The notes beneath the pieces are model-generated. The model did no database searches, was not told the DNA's origin, and was given only the letters and a program-made list of their open reading frames with translations. From a virus: a stretch of DNA of 64,000 bases. Below are positions 18,779 through 28,537 of this stretch, piece by piece (positions within the stretch are counted from its first letter, which is position 1; the number at the start of each line of letters is the position of its first letter). Position numbers and translations under genes: made by a program. Location: IMG/VR virus record IMGVR_UViG_3300009503_000018, positions 1 to 64,000 of that record; one strand, 5' to 3'.

Positions 18779-21700
18779 CTATCGTGGTCTATGCGTGTAT
18801 GGTCCGGTCGATGTCGGCGTCAGATCAGCAACATCGACTTGGAACTGCCGACGCTGACTGTCTTCGACCGTTGCGCGATTTCCAGTATTGTCAATGGCAA
18901 TAACCAAAACTTCCCGTCCACGATACATTGCGGGTTGGAAAATGCCCATCCCCTTGTCAAGAAGGGCTTTCTTTGACAAGGCGACACTTGCCGTGCTCTT
19001 CTTCTGATGACTAAAGTAATGAACTTGCTTTAGTCTCTTTTTGGCCTGTTCTCGCGTCTTATACGGACCACCGAGATTTTTGCCCTCCTCCGATTTTACA
19101 TAATATGCTCCCGGTCGTCCAACAATCTTCCCCACCAAAAGGCGCGCGGATAAGAGTCTCGTAGTCCCAATAAACCATCGTGCTAACTCGTCTGCCTCAT
19201 GAGAAGCCAATTTTCCAGATGCTTTGTAAAAGCGCAAAATCTCTCGAATATCCGCAATGGACAATGCATGACGATATTCAGTAATTGCTTGCTTCAAATC
19301 GCCGGAACGGCGAAATGCCGCGTGTACTTTTTGCTGCACGGCACGATTTGCTTGTCTCTTTGCCTCATAATCTTCTAGATCCCCTCCATACAGATACTCC
19401 CCGCATTGTGAACAATATTGTGGGGAGTCGCTTTCACCGAAAAAGATCGGTTGTGGAGTGATATCCGAATCATACATATCCGCGTCAGGAATAACATTCG
19501 GACCTTGAGCGATAATTTCCGAACCACAATCAGGGCAGTAAATCTCTCCTTGATAGACATACCCATCAAGACCCGGACCACCGAGAAGCAGCTCGGATTT
19601 TGTCACAGCCGTCTTCCTTCGGGCTTCATGACTCCCTAAATTTCCCCCATACAGATACGCCCCGCATTGTGAACAATGCTGTGGGAGTTCATGTTCACCG
19701 AAAAAGATCGGTTGTGGAGTGACATCTGAGTCGTATGCATCTTCATCAGGGACGACATCCGGACCTTGAGCGATAATTTCCGAACCACACGGAATACAAT
19801 AGAGTTCCCCGCGATAAACATACCCATCAAGACCCGGACCACCACGAAGCAATTCAGACTTTGTTGCCGCTTCTTTTGTCGTTGACTTCCATGACGGATA
19901 TTCATCACTCTCTCGGGGATACAACGCGCTTTGATCAGCACGTGGAGTCTCTCGTGGAGCTTGGCTCACCTGATCCGGCCGTTCCATATATTCAGTCTCC
20001 CACGGCGCTTTATACCACCACGCGGTCTTGCGTACTGCTTGTCGCCGCTTGAGCAAATTCCACTGGCGCTGTGCCTCTTCTCGTGTCTCGGGATCTGTTT
20101 CTGGATCATTGATAATATTAAACAACGCCCGAAGCTTTTCTTGAATGTCAGACGATTCTTGAGCAATGAGTTGTCTTCGCGATAATGCTCGTGCGTTCGC
20201 ATGATGCGGATATCGCGTCCATGTCGCACGACACGTTGGACACCAATACTTGTCCTCGGTTTTCTTAATCGTTAATTCTCGACAATTTGGACACGTCCCA
20301 GATTCTAACAACATATGACGGAATCTCTTTTCTAGGTACGCAGCATCCAACTGTCTACGAGCTTCCTGCCGTTTTTCGGGATCCGCACTGGGATCAGCGA
20401 CAATATCAGACAATCGGCGAATTTTTTCGACAAGATCCCGATTCTCGGACTTATCAGACGATTCTTGAGCAATGAGTTGTCTTCGTGCCATTTTGTTTCC
20501 TTCGAGAGTCCACGTGGAATGACAACGCGGACATCGGTATCCGGTCTCGGTCTTATGAACCCGAGATTTTCCACACTCCGGGCAAAATCCAGCGTGTAAC
20601 ATATGGATAGGTTTTGGTGATGTTTTACGGATCAATTCTTGTGCAACTTCTGATACATCGCGCTGTGAATACCGATGCCGACGATATTCTTTTGGCAAAT
20701 CGTACAATTTCTTTTCACAGCGTGTGCATTCTGGCGGATAATCCTCAAGCTCCCCGAGAAAAATTGGCTGAGGGACGATATTCTCGTCATACCCCTCATC
20801 TTCGCTATACACCTCTGGACCTTTTTCGATAATTTTCCGCCCACACTCAATACAATAGGGCTCGCCTTTATAGACGTATGCTTCCAGTGCGGGTCCTTGA
20901 TAAGCCGTTAACAGGTCTTCTTTTGTCCACTGGCTTTGGCGGCGGAAAGACTGTTTTTTTGATTCCTCCGGCGCGTCGGCTTCTTCTTTTTCTTCCGTGA
21001 CAAAATCCTGTAATTGTTCTGTAGCATGTTCAAGATGTTCGACCGTTTTCTCTAGTATTCGAACTTCCTCCGGCTCGACCCCTTCCGCTTTTTCATGTTC
21101 AAGGACATCCTTGACATGTTCGGTTACATGTTCGACATCGGACTTTAGCGTTTCGACAATTTCCTCTTCTAGTAGCTCTTCCGGATCACCAACGAAATCA
21201 AATCCCAATTCTTTTGGCGTCCCAGTATCGACAACTTCTAATTCAATGACTGGAACTTCCGTATCTCCAATTCCTGGAAATGCGACAACGGCAAAATTAT
21301 CGTTTGCATACCGCAAAAAGAGCGCTTCTTTCCCGTTGACACGCACCACATCACCTCGGGCAAATCTCTTTTCGGCTGTTCCGACGACCTGCCGTTCGGC
21401 GAGAGCAGAACTAATTTTCGTTAACTGCCGAAGATATATCTTCACACCGCCGTGCGACTGAAGTCCCGCAGAAATCAAAATCGCATTCGCCTGCTCCCAC
21501 GACATTCCAAATTCATAAATAAGAGCCTGCTCCACGCTATCGCGGGAGAGGTATTCACGCGGTTGTCCTTTTCCAGTATACAGGGTATAGACAAATGAAG
21601 CGCCAGACGTTGCACTCCGTCGGCACGTGATATACGCAGTCGGTGGGATCCGCTTCCACACCTCTCGCTCTTTCTTGAGTTTTTCATTATGCTGATCAAA

Positions 21701-21892
21701 CCATGCGTCTGCGATCTTCACTTGATGACTTGAAAACCGACCACATTTTACGCAATGGTAGTCCACCGTCCCTTGAACATGTTGTGGACCAACCGTGATC
21801 GACGCAGTCCGTTCGCACCAAGGACAAACCACATCAACTGATCGCGAGGATGTGAGTGCCTGTGCAACATCGAGCCCTGATAATTTCGTCAT
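18779..21892 (-). CDS. 1037-aa modular protein with three 4-Cys YxGExYCxxCG...PQPIF...CxxC modules, Zn ribbons and KOW modules
   Basis: Internal repeats visible in protein and DNA (19375-19900); RRQLIAQESS x2. Confidence 0.8.
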   Translation of the reverse strand: MTKLSGLDVAQALTSSRSVDVVCPWCERTASITVGPQHVQGTVDYHCVKCGRFSSHQVKIADAWFDQHNEKLKKEREVWKRIPPTAYITCRRSATSGASFVYTLYTGKGQPREYLSRDSVEQALIYEFGMSWEQANAILISAGLQSHGGVKIYLRQLTKISSALAERQVVGTAEKRFARGDVVRVNGKEALFLRYANDNFAVVAFPGIGDTEVPVIELEVVDTGTPKELGFDFVGDPEELLEEEIVETLKSDVEHVTEHVKDVLEHEKAEGVEPEEVRILEKTVEHLEHATEQLQDFVTEEKEEADAPEESKKQSFRRQSQWTKEDLLTAYQGPALEAYVYKGEPYCIECGRKIIEKGPEVYSEDEGYDENIVPQPIFLGELEDYPPECTRCEKKLYDLPKEYRRHRYSQRDVSEVAQELIRKTSPKPIHMLHAGFCPECGKSRVHKTETGYRCPRCHSTWTLEGNKMARRQLIAQESSDKSENRDLVEKIRRLSDIVADPSADPEKRQEARRQLDAAYLEKRFRHMLLESGTCPNCRELTIKKTEDKYWCPTCRATWTRYPHHANARALSRRQLIAQESSDIQEKLRALFNIINDPETDPETREEAQRQWNLLKRRQAVRKTAWWYKAPWETEYMERPDQVSQAPRETPRADQSALYPRESDEYPSWKSTTKEAATKSELLRGGPGLDGYVYRGELYCIPCGSEIIAQGPDVVPDEDAYDSDVTPQPIFFGEHELPQHCSQCGAYLYGGNLGSHEARRKTAVTKSELLLGGPGLDGYVYQGEIYCPDCGSEIIAQGPNVIPDADMYDSDITPQPIFFGESDSPQYCSQCGEYLYGGDLEDYEAKRQANRAVQQKVHAAFRRSGDLKQAITEYRHALSIADIREILRFYKASGKLASHEADELARWFIGTTRLLSARLLVGKIVGRPGAYYVKSEEGKNLGGPYKTREQAKKRLKQVHYFSHQKKSTASVALSKKALLDKGMGIFQPAMYRGREVLVIAIDNTGNRATVEDSQRRQFQVDVADLTPTSTGPYTHRPR

Positions 21893-21955
21893 AATTCCCT
21901 CTTCATTACATATAACGCTTTTTTTGTCAGACCTTCGAGTTTCTTCCTTTTATCC

Positions 21956-22393
21956 CTATAAAGTTTCACCGGTAAGGGCATAATACGCCTTTTGAACACG
22001 ATCTGCTAAATCCAATTCCCCCATATAAACTGCATTATTGTACAATATTCGAAGTTCGTAGGCCGTCATGTCATATGCATAAAACAGAGCGTCACGCTCT
22101 TCTTGCATCTCGTCAGAAAGTTCCGGCTCTTCTGGAGTCGGCAAAGAAGGAGAAGGCTTCCGGGGTTTTCCTGGGGACTTGAGTCTCCGTTTACTCGGGT
22201 CAAACTGCAAAATTTCGGCGGCAGTAATTTTTAACCCCGATTTTGGCAATTCTGTCCATGTATAAGGAATCTCCCGAGGAGTCGGACCTAAAACTTTCTG
22301 TCGGTCACGACCAACGGGTTTTTGTTCTACGCGATACATGTCCCGACTTTTTTCCAGCCAAGCCGCTTTTTTTGATAATGGTATTTTTTTCAT
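21956..22393 (-). CDS. Hypothetical protein
   Basis: 145 aa; PLSKKAAW and KITAAE motifs; a degenerate paralogous mini-ORF (MKILSKKAALLEKRLKITAAEVVKYD) starts at about 22488. Confidence 0.65.
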   Translation of the reverse strand: MKKIPLSKKAAWLEKSRDMYRVEQKPVGRDRQKVLGPTPREIPYTWTELPKSGLKITAAEILQFDPSKRRLKSPGKPRKPSPSLPTPEEPELSDEMQEERDALFYAYDMTAYELRILYNNAVYMGELDLADRVQKAYYALTGETL

Positions 22394-22488
22394 GATTTAA
22401 ACACGCCTTTTTATCATATTTACAACTTCAGCCGCCGTAATTTTCAATCTTTTTTCAAGCAAAGCCGCTTTTTTTGATAATATTTTCA

Positions 22489-25065
22489 TTATTGCATCAC
22501 TTCAGTCAATGTATCAGCAAGCTGACGCGCAATTCCCCGCCCGCGCCAATGCAGTGGAATTTCCACAACCCGCAATTTCAGTGGATTACATTCTACGCTC
22601 AATCGGGCCCGAGCAATCATATGAAATGCAGTCACGATATTCCCTGTTTTTATCATCACAACAGGACTCCAACACGCCTTGAGTTTACTCTCGATGTGTT
22701 TTCTTCTCCACCGAACAGATTCCATTTCTTTTCTTCGTAATTCTTTTCTTTGTTCTGGTGTCAAATGAGAAATATCCGTTCCATACAAGCTCGGATAGCC
22801 AGTCCGGCGAGACCACATCCGATAATCACGCAGCATTTGCTTGGTCTCATCGGTGAACGCGGGTTCCATCCAATACATCGCATGTTCGCTTCCCTTCGTA
22901 TCCAAAGCATCATCAATCCATCTTGAGGGATCTCCGGGCCAACTTTTCCCGCTAAAAATATTCCCGGTATTGTGTTGCAACGTATTGATTTGATCTATCA
23001 GGATCCCCAAATACCGCCACGGCATGTTTCGACGCAACGCTTCTTGAAGTTGCAACGCGCGAATAGCAGCCAAAGCCCATCGCGGACCTCCCCAATTCGA
23101 AGCCGACAAATCGGTATTAAACGCCCGAGCCAAATCAGCTAAGTCCGCGCTTTGTAAGTCATCTATATCATCTCGATATACTTTTTTATTCAAAATTTTT
23201 TCCATTTCTAGGATATTCGAAAATTCTTCGTTCCATTGTTCTTGCAATATTCCTTCTTCATCTTCTTCTTTTTCTTCTCGTTCGACTGTCTCTTCTGTTG
23301 GTCCTGTTGCGGCGAGGATTTCACCGGTTGTTCCGTTAATCATAATCAAGGTTCCGACATCGAGAGTCTTCCCATCTGGAAACTTAACTTGATTATCGTC
23401 TATGGTAAATCCGGCCCCTGTCACACACGGTTTTCCCATTTGCCGGGCCACGATCGCGGCATGCGCTGTAGGACCTCCATGCGCCGTCAGAAATCCCACA
23501 GCCGCATTCATCGCAGAAATATCTTCTGGCGTTGTCTCGGGCCGTACCAAAATTACTGGCCCTTCTTGTGCCATTTGAACCGCCATTTCGGCAGTTGTCG
23601 CAATACGCCCGGTCGCTGTCCCTGGAGAAGTCCCAATCCCTTTTGCAATTACTGCGCGATCAGCAAATTCTTTCACCCAATCTGGTGGAACGATGTTGGG
23701 GTATTTTTCAAAAAACTGTTCCAAATCGGGGTCAGTTTGCGTTTGCAACAAGACATTCTTATATCGTTTCCATGCCGCCGTGAGATCTGGTTGGATTTCT
23801 TTCCAAATCAACGCATCATATTCATCGGGGTTTTTCGTATTGTACAGTGGTTTCACACCAACGATTGTCAAAAATACATCATCAGCATCTGTACTTAAAA
23901 TATCCTCATAGCCTTTTAGGCGCTCAACCGCTTGAGCAATTTCCTGTTCATCTAATGCATTTATCAATCGCTTGAGTTGCACCAAATATTTGAATTTCTT
24001 AAGCTTCTCTTCGTCGAGTTGTTCGCGTAGGGTTTCACCAACTGGCGCCACCGTTGTAAGCACGGACTCAGGATGCGCAATCAATGCGCGTTCAAAAAGA
24101 CGCCAGGAAGACGGCTTATATGTGGAGCGAATCGTAGACCACGGCACCCATTGATTACGCTCGGGGTCGAACAAAGAAAAATCAAACCATTTTGAAGTAT
24201 CAATAGTAATAGGAGGCGGTTCCGACCGCGCTGGGAAAAGTCGCTGTCGTGGCTGTGCAATAATACGCCAACCAGATTTTGTGACTTCTGGCTGTTCTTG
24301 CTGTTCTTGCTGTTCTTGTCTTGGCGTAATGTGTGGTAATATTAATTGGACTTGACCTGTCGTATCGAGAAATGCTCGTCCACATAACGGGCACCGATAC
24401 GGTTCTCCAGGCAATTCTACAGGAGTAATACTCTCATAATCCACTTCAACTTCATCTGGCTGCGGATAAGGTTGGAATTGGTGTTGATGATGTTCTTCCC
24501 AAAAATCCCCAGCGTAAGGCGCCTCTTCGTCGTCCGGTAACATATCCGTTTCAGCGGAGCACCCCAAATATGTTACCCCTGTCTTATCAGTAAAATTCAC
24601 GCATTTGTATGTTTGGTCCCCTACGAGAGCCCACATGTGCGGTTTTTTGTCTCCACACTCCACACAACGGTGTCTTAACGATGTGTCCTCATACTCATGC
24701 AAATATTTGTCTCCGCAGGAATCACAAGTGTGGTATAACGTGCCTTCGGCAGTAAAGTCATGTTCGTCTGTTTCGCCGCAAACCTCACAGGAATGATAAC
24801 CTTTATTATCCGTCGACCATTCATGCACGTGTTCTTCTTCTTCTTCTTCATTCTTTATAGCTGTAAGAGTGTGGTCAGCTTCTGTGCGGACGAAGTCTTC
24901 AAGCTGGGAAGCATATTCTCGTGCGAGGGGGAGCACAATTTCTTCCGCATATCTATCCCATTTAGGAAATGCTCGATAAAATGCGGGCGGAAGTTGCATG
25001 ACCGCATAAAAATTGTACAGTTCGTCTATAGCGACAGCGCGACGAATGAATCGGGGTCGTGTCAT
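22489..25065 (-). CDS. Mosaic protein with PEP-utilising enzyme mobile (phospho-His swivel) domain and H..CxxCG repeats
   Basis: AKGIGTSPGTATG...ILVRPETTPEDISAM...GFLTAHGGPTAHAAIVARQMGKPCVTG...INGTTGEI (about 23320-23650). Confidence 0.85.
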   Translation of the reverse strand: MTRPRFIRRAVAIDELYNFYAVMQLPPAFYRAFPKWDRYAEEIVLPLAREYASQLEDFVRTEADHTLTAIKNEEEEEEHVHEWSTDNKGYHSCEVCGETDEHDFTAEGTLYHTCDSCGDKYLHEYEDTSLRHRCVECGDKKPHMWALVGDQTYKCVNFTDKTGVTYLGCSAETDMLPDDEEAPYAGDFWEEHHQHQFQPYPQPDEVEVDYESITPVELPGEPYRCPLCGRAFLDTTGQVQLILPHITPRQEQQEQQEQPEVTKSGWRIIAQPRQRLFPARSEPPPITIDTSKWFDFSLFDPERNQWVPWSTIRSTYKPSSWRLFERALIAHPESVLTTVAPVGETLREQLDEEKLKKFKYLVQLKRLINALDEQEIAQAVERLKGYEDILSTDADDVFLTIVGVKPLYNTKNPDEYDALIWKEIQPDLTAAWKRYKNVLLQTQTDPDLEQFFEKYPNIVPPDWVKEFADRAVIAKGIGTSPGTATGRIATTAEMAVQMAQEGPVILVRPETTPEDISAMNAAVGFLTAHGGPTAHAAIVARQMGKPCVTGAGFTIDDNQVKFPDGKTLDVGTLIMINGTTGEILAATGPTEETVEREEKEEDEEGILQEQWNEEFSNILEMEKILNKKVYRDDIDDLQSADLADLARAFNTDLSASNWGGPRWALAAIRALQLQEALRRNMPWRYLGILIDQINTLQHNTGNIFSGKSWPGDPSRWIDDALDTKGSEHAMYWMEPAFTDETKQMLRDYRMWSRRTGYPSLYGTDISHLTPEQRKELRRKEMESVRWRRKHIESKLKACWSPVVMIKTGNIVTAFHMIARARLSVECNPLKLRVVEIPLHWRGRGIARQLADTLTEVMQ

Positions 25066-25068
25066 AAC

Positions 25069-26250
25069 TTAGAAGAACTTGTGGAATTCCTTTTTACTCA
25101 AAATCCGCTTGGGTTTTCTACGGAACAAACTCGGAAAAGGAAAATGCCATTTCGGTAGCCGCTCCATCGTAGTACGGGGTTCAACTTTTGGCAATCCGAC
25201 ATATTCTCGAATCGCTTCCTCCATCACTCCTTCCGGCATAGCAACAGGTCTCTTTTCATTAATCTCGTTGATGATTTGGCTGTAAACTTTTTCTTTTTTT
25301 CTTTTTGTTAAATTCAAATCACGAAGTTGGTTCTGTAACAAATACGCTGCGATTACAGAAGGCGAACGGTTCATTCCCTCTCGACAGTGAACATAAATAT
25401 TCTTGCCTTCGCTCGTCCAACGTTCGAGGGTTTCCACCGCACGGCGAATATCCTGGAGACGACGAGCATTTCCTTCGGGCGATTCATCGAATTCATCGAT
25501 TGGGATATGTACATATTCTACATCTGGAGGTGGTGAATACGTATTTTGACTCACATTCAAAATGGCATCAAACGGTTTCCCCGTCTGACGATCACGCATT
25601 AACCACGCATTGATAATATCTCCAAGCCAGATATTTGGCGTAATTTGATCGGCTTTAATATCCTTTCTGTCCATATATTTTGTCAATAAAAATTGGACTA
25701 TACGGGACATATGAGGGCCGTGCTGCACTTTTGGCGGTGCGGAGAACCCTTGCGGTACAGAAAACAGTTCCGGTTGTGATGGCCGGGACAAATCACGTTC
25801 AACATATCCGCATGTGTTACAAAAATAATAAGGCTCTTTACCAATTTCGACCATCCCTATACCCGAACCACAATGTGGACATTTCCCAAAACTAATATCC
25901 TTTGAAGGATCAGGATCTTGATATTCGGGAAATTCTTCAAATTCAAAATCTTGATATTCTTCGGGGATTTCTTCGTGATATTGTTTCCAATGCTCCGATT
26001 GGTACAATTGTTCATTGGGGCTCAAAAGAACCGTTTGTCCACATTCTGGACACTGGATATTCCATGCTGAATATTTAACAATACTCTTTTTCGATAATGC
26101 TGTGGATTTACGATGTTTTTTCCAATGTTCCGATTGGCGAAGATTCTCGTGCGCCTGGAGAACGACCATCTGCCCGCACTCAGGGCATTGAACGATATCC
26201 CAACCCCATGCTGAAAATTTAACAATACTCTTTTTCGATAAAATACGCAT
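25069..26250 (-). CDS. Dual-specificity (PTP-like) phosphatase with N-terminal Zn ribbons
   Basis: QITPNIWLG, AILNV, VHCREGMNRSPSVIAAYL (CX5R motif). Confidence 0.88.
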   Translation of the reverse strand: MRILSKKSIVKFSAWGWDIVQCPECGQMVVLQAHENLRQSEHWKKHRKSTALSKKSIVKYSAWNIQCPECGQTVLLSPNEQLYQSEHWKQYHEEIPEEYQDFEFEEFPEYQDPDPSKDISFGKCPHCGSGIGMVEIGKEPYYFCNTCGYVERDLSRPSQPELFSVPQGFSAPPKVQHGPHMSRIVQFLLTKYMDRKDIKADQITPNIWLGDIINAWLMRDRQTGKPFDAILNVSQNTYSPPPDVEYVHIPIDEFDESPEGNARRLQDIRRAVETLERWTSEGKNIYVHCREGMNRSPSVIAAYLLQNQLRDLNLTKRKKEKVYSQIINEINEKRPVAMPEGVMEEAIREYVGLPKVEPRTTMERLPKWHFPFPSLFRRKPKRILSKKEFHKFF

Positions 26251-26373
26251 ATAGTAGTCCTAATCAATTAAATTATTAACGGAGTCGGGAAAATCGAAGG
26301 CTCCATTACTGAATAAAACTGATTGTAAAAAAGGATATGGAAAGAAAAAGGAAGAAGTGTGGGAAAGAGATTA

Positions 26374-27372
26374 CTACGAAGAAAAACCTGTCTTCTGTCG
26401 AAATTCTTCACTCGAAGCAGACGCGCGAGAGAGATTTTTCAAAATCCGGATAGTCTCTTCAAAAGAATTGCCCAAGCACTTGACACTGACGACGGCTTCG
26501 GCCAATGCTGCGAATGATAGTCCCTCCGTCTCATGAACCCATCGGTCAATATCTTCGGTCTTGGGGAGCTTTCTCGAAAAATAAAACCGCCGAACATCTG
26601 CGTTAGGCATATCAATTTTAATTAAACGATCAAATCGCCTCGGGCGAGCAACCAACCGTTTATCTAAGCGCTCGGGATAATTGGTCGTCGCGATATTGAG
26701 CACTCGATCAATCTGATTTTCGCCATCAAGGAGCGAGAGGACTTCGTCTTCTTCATACGAGCGAATAATCGCATCAAGATCTTCGAACACACATACGACC
26801 GGTCGTTTCGGCTCAATTTCGCGAAAAACATGAAGCGCTCGATTTAAAATTGCCGGATGCCCACACATAAAAACGATTCCCCCACGGCCAATGATGTCCG
26901 ACACAATTTGCTGCACTAGCGAACTCTTCCCGCTTCCTTGAGGTCCATAAAACAAATACCCGCGCCGATGCAAATATCCGTATTTAGCAAATTCTTTTCC
27001 ACGAGTCCAAAACCGATCAATTTCGGACAACACAGCATCCGCAATACCGTCAGGAAATCGAATCAAATCGTCAACCGTAATTGGGATTCTTTTAAATGCA
27101 ATGCGATCATCAGACAATTCTCGACAGGTATACATTCCGGATTCTAATCGCGCGATAGTTCGTCCAACACCGACGTATTCTCCCGAACTCAGATACGCCC
27201 ATTGAATATGGGCAATGGGCGTAGTCTCATCGAAATGAACTTTCGGCATAGCCGGTTGTTCCTTTACCGCCGCTTTAGAAACATTTTCACCAAATTCTTC
27301 GAGATTGATTTCATGTGACGACATCTTATTTCTTTTCCGCTGGCGTGTACCCAAATGCCTGCATGCATTCAT
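26374..27372 (-). CDS. AAA+ ATPase
   Basis: RGYLFYGPQGSGKS (Walker A), VFEDLD (Walker B), ATTNYPERLD...RPRRFD. Confidence 0.9.
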   Translation of the reverse strand: MNACRHLGTRQRKRNKMSSHEINLEEFGENVSKAAVKEQPAMPKVHFDETTPIAHIQWAYLSSGEYVGVGRTIARLESGMYTCRELSDDRIAFKRIPITVDDLIRFPDGIADAVLSEIDRFWTRGKEFAKYGYLHRRGYLFYGPQGSGKSSLVQQIVSDIIGRGGIVFMCGHPAILNRALHVFREIEPKRPVVCVFEDLDAIIRSYEEDEVLSLLDGENQIDRVLNIATTNYPERLDKRLVARPRRFDRLIKIDMPNADVRRFYFSRKLPKTEDIDRWVHETEGLSFAALAEAVVSVKCLGNSFEETIRILKNLSRASASSEEFRQKTGFSS

Positions 27373-27565
27373 TATACGATTCCCAATTCACCCCAACCGC
27401 ATTATCTGGTCCATTAAATTGGGATTGCTGAATACACACAAACTTCGTCCAATAAAAATCCGCTGGTGTTGCTCCATCTTTTACCCACATTTGCGTTGGA
27501 GTGCAACTACTACGCAGGAAACATCCAGACAGCAATAGCAAAAGACTAACGATTACGTATTTCAT
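27326..27565 (-). CDS. Putative lipoprotein
   Basis: Lipobox LLLLLSGC; CM.AFGY C-terminus. Confidence 0.75.
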   Translation of the reverse strand: MKYVIVSLLLLLSGCFLRSSCTPTQMWVKDGATPADFYWTKFVCIQQSQFNGPDNAVGVNWESYNECMQAFGYTPAEKK

Positions 27566-27729
27566 GACTCCTCCTTATTTTTTGGATCCGCAAGCTTATC
27601 TTCAATGGCTTCGATGATGAATCGTTCAATACGTTTTGGTTGCCTTCCGCAATATCGACGTACCTCTTCGATGAGTCTCTCAGGGACCGAAACATTTAAC
27701 ACTTCAGGTAACTCAATGACTTTACCCAT
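27562..27729 (-). CDS. Small ribbon-helix-helix-like protein (55 aa, below ORF-track cutoff)
   Basis: MGKVIELPEVLNVSVPERLIEEVRRYC...IERFIIEAIEDKL; TGA overlaps next ATG. Confidence 0.55.
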   Translation of the reverse strand: MGKVIELPEVLNVSVPERLIEEVRRYCGRQPKRIERFIIEAIEDKLADPKNKEES

Positions 27730-27754
27730 AAACACCTCTTCTCGTCAAATTTTC

Positions 27755-28246
27755 TTACAAAACGCAACCCGGAATTACTTCTCCTGTCTCAATATTACGA
27801 AGTCGAAGTTTTTGAACACCCCCATCACTCAGATTTCCAGGAGATTGCCGCCACACCTCGATCCACCTCTTCAATTCCTGAATCGCCTGTTCTAATGTCC
27901 AGGGACCAAACGTGTCTTCATCAAATACCGCATCGGGACCTCGCGCGATAATAGCTTCACCACACGGAACACAATATTCTTTTCCTTGATACCAATATGC
28001 GGTGAGTCCTATATGAGCTTTATCACTTTCATTAAGAAACAACCCACCATATACATACTCCCCGCATTGAGAACAATAATGAGGACTTTCATTATCATCA
28101 CCACCAAACAACACGGGTTGTGGGGTAATATTTGAATCAAAATCTTCTTCTTCCTCGAAGATTCTATCATCTAAAGGACACCGGCGGACATATATCCAAT
28201 TCCAATCAGGATGGAAATATTCAATAATCCAAGTCTTGTGCTTCAT
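27755..28246 (-). CDS. WIIE...RNIxTGExI paralogue family member carrying a permuted 4-Cys module
   Basis: WIIEYF...WTLEQAIQELK.W...LRLRNIETGEVIP. Confidence 0.75.
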   Translation of the reverse strand: MKHKTWIIEYFHPDWNWIYVRRCPLDDRIFEEEEDFDSNITPQPVLFGGDDNESPHYCSQCGEYVYGGLFLNESDKAHIGLTAYWYQGKEYCVPCGEAIIARGPDAVFDEDTFGPWTLEQAIQELKRWIEVWRQSPGNLSDGGVQKLRLRNIETGEVIPGCVL

Positions 28247-28279
28247 AGTAGGTGTGAGACCTTATTTCGTTGGTGCATT

Positions 28280-28537
28280 CTACACCAAAACACAACACGG
28301 AATTACTTCTTCTGTTTCAATATTGCTAATTCGAAGATTCGGAACACATCCCATGATTCCGCGTCCCCACACTTTAGCCCATAGCTTTAATTCTTGAATC
28401 GCCTGTTCTAATGACCATGCATTCCGATGATGCGCGATCCAGCGCGAATCATGGAAATACTCAATCATCCAAGTCCCTGGTTTAGTGTTATGCTTCATAA
28501 GATCACGACTCTCGATTTGGTGGAACAACAATCGCAA
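28280..28537 (-). CDS. WIIE...RNIxTGExI paralogue family member
   Basis: WMIEYF...WSLEQAIQELK.W...SNIETEEVIP. Confidence 0.7.
   Translation of the reverse strand: MRLLFHQIESRDLMKHNTKPGTWMIEYFHDSRWIAHHRNAWSLEQAIQELKLWAKVWGRGIMGCVPNLRISNIETEEVIPCCVLV

Noticed and set aside
9120-26267. Numerous plus-strand ORFs of 60-230 aa overlapping the long minus-strand genes
   Set aside because: They lie antisense to ORFs with recognisable motifs, lack RBSs and have no recognisable domains.
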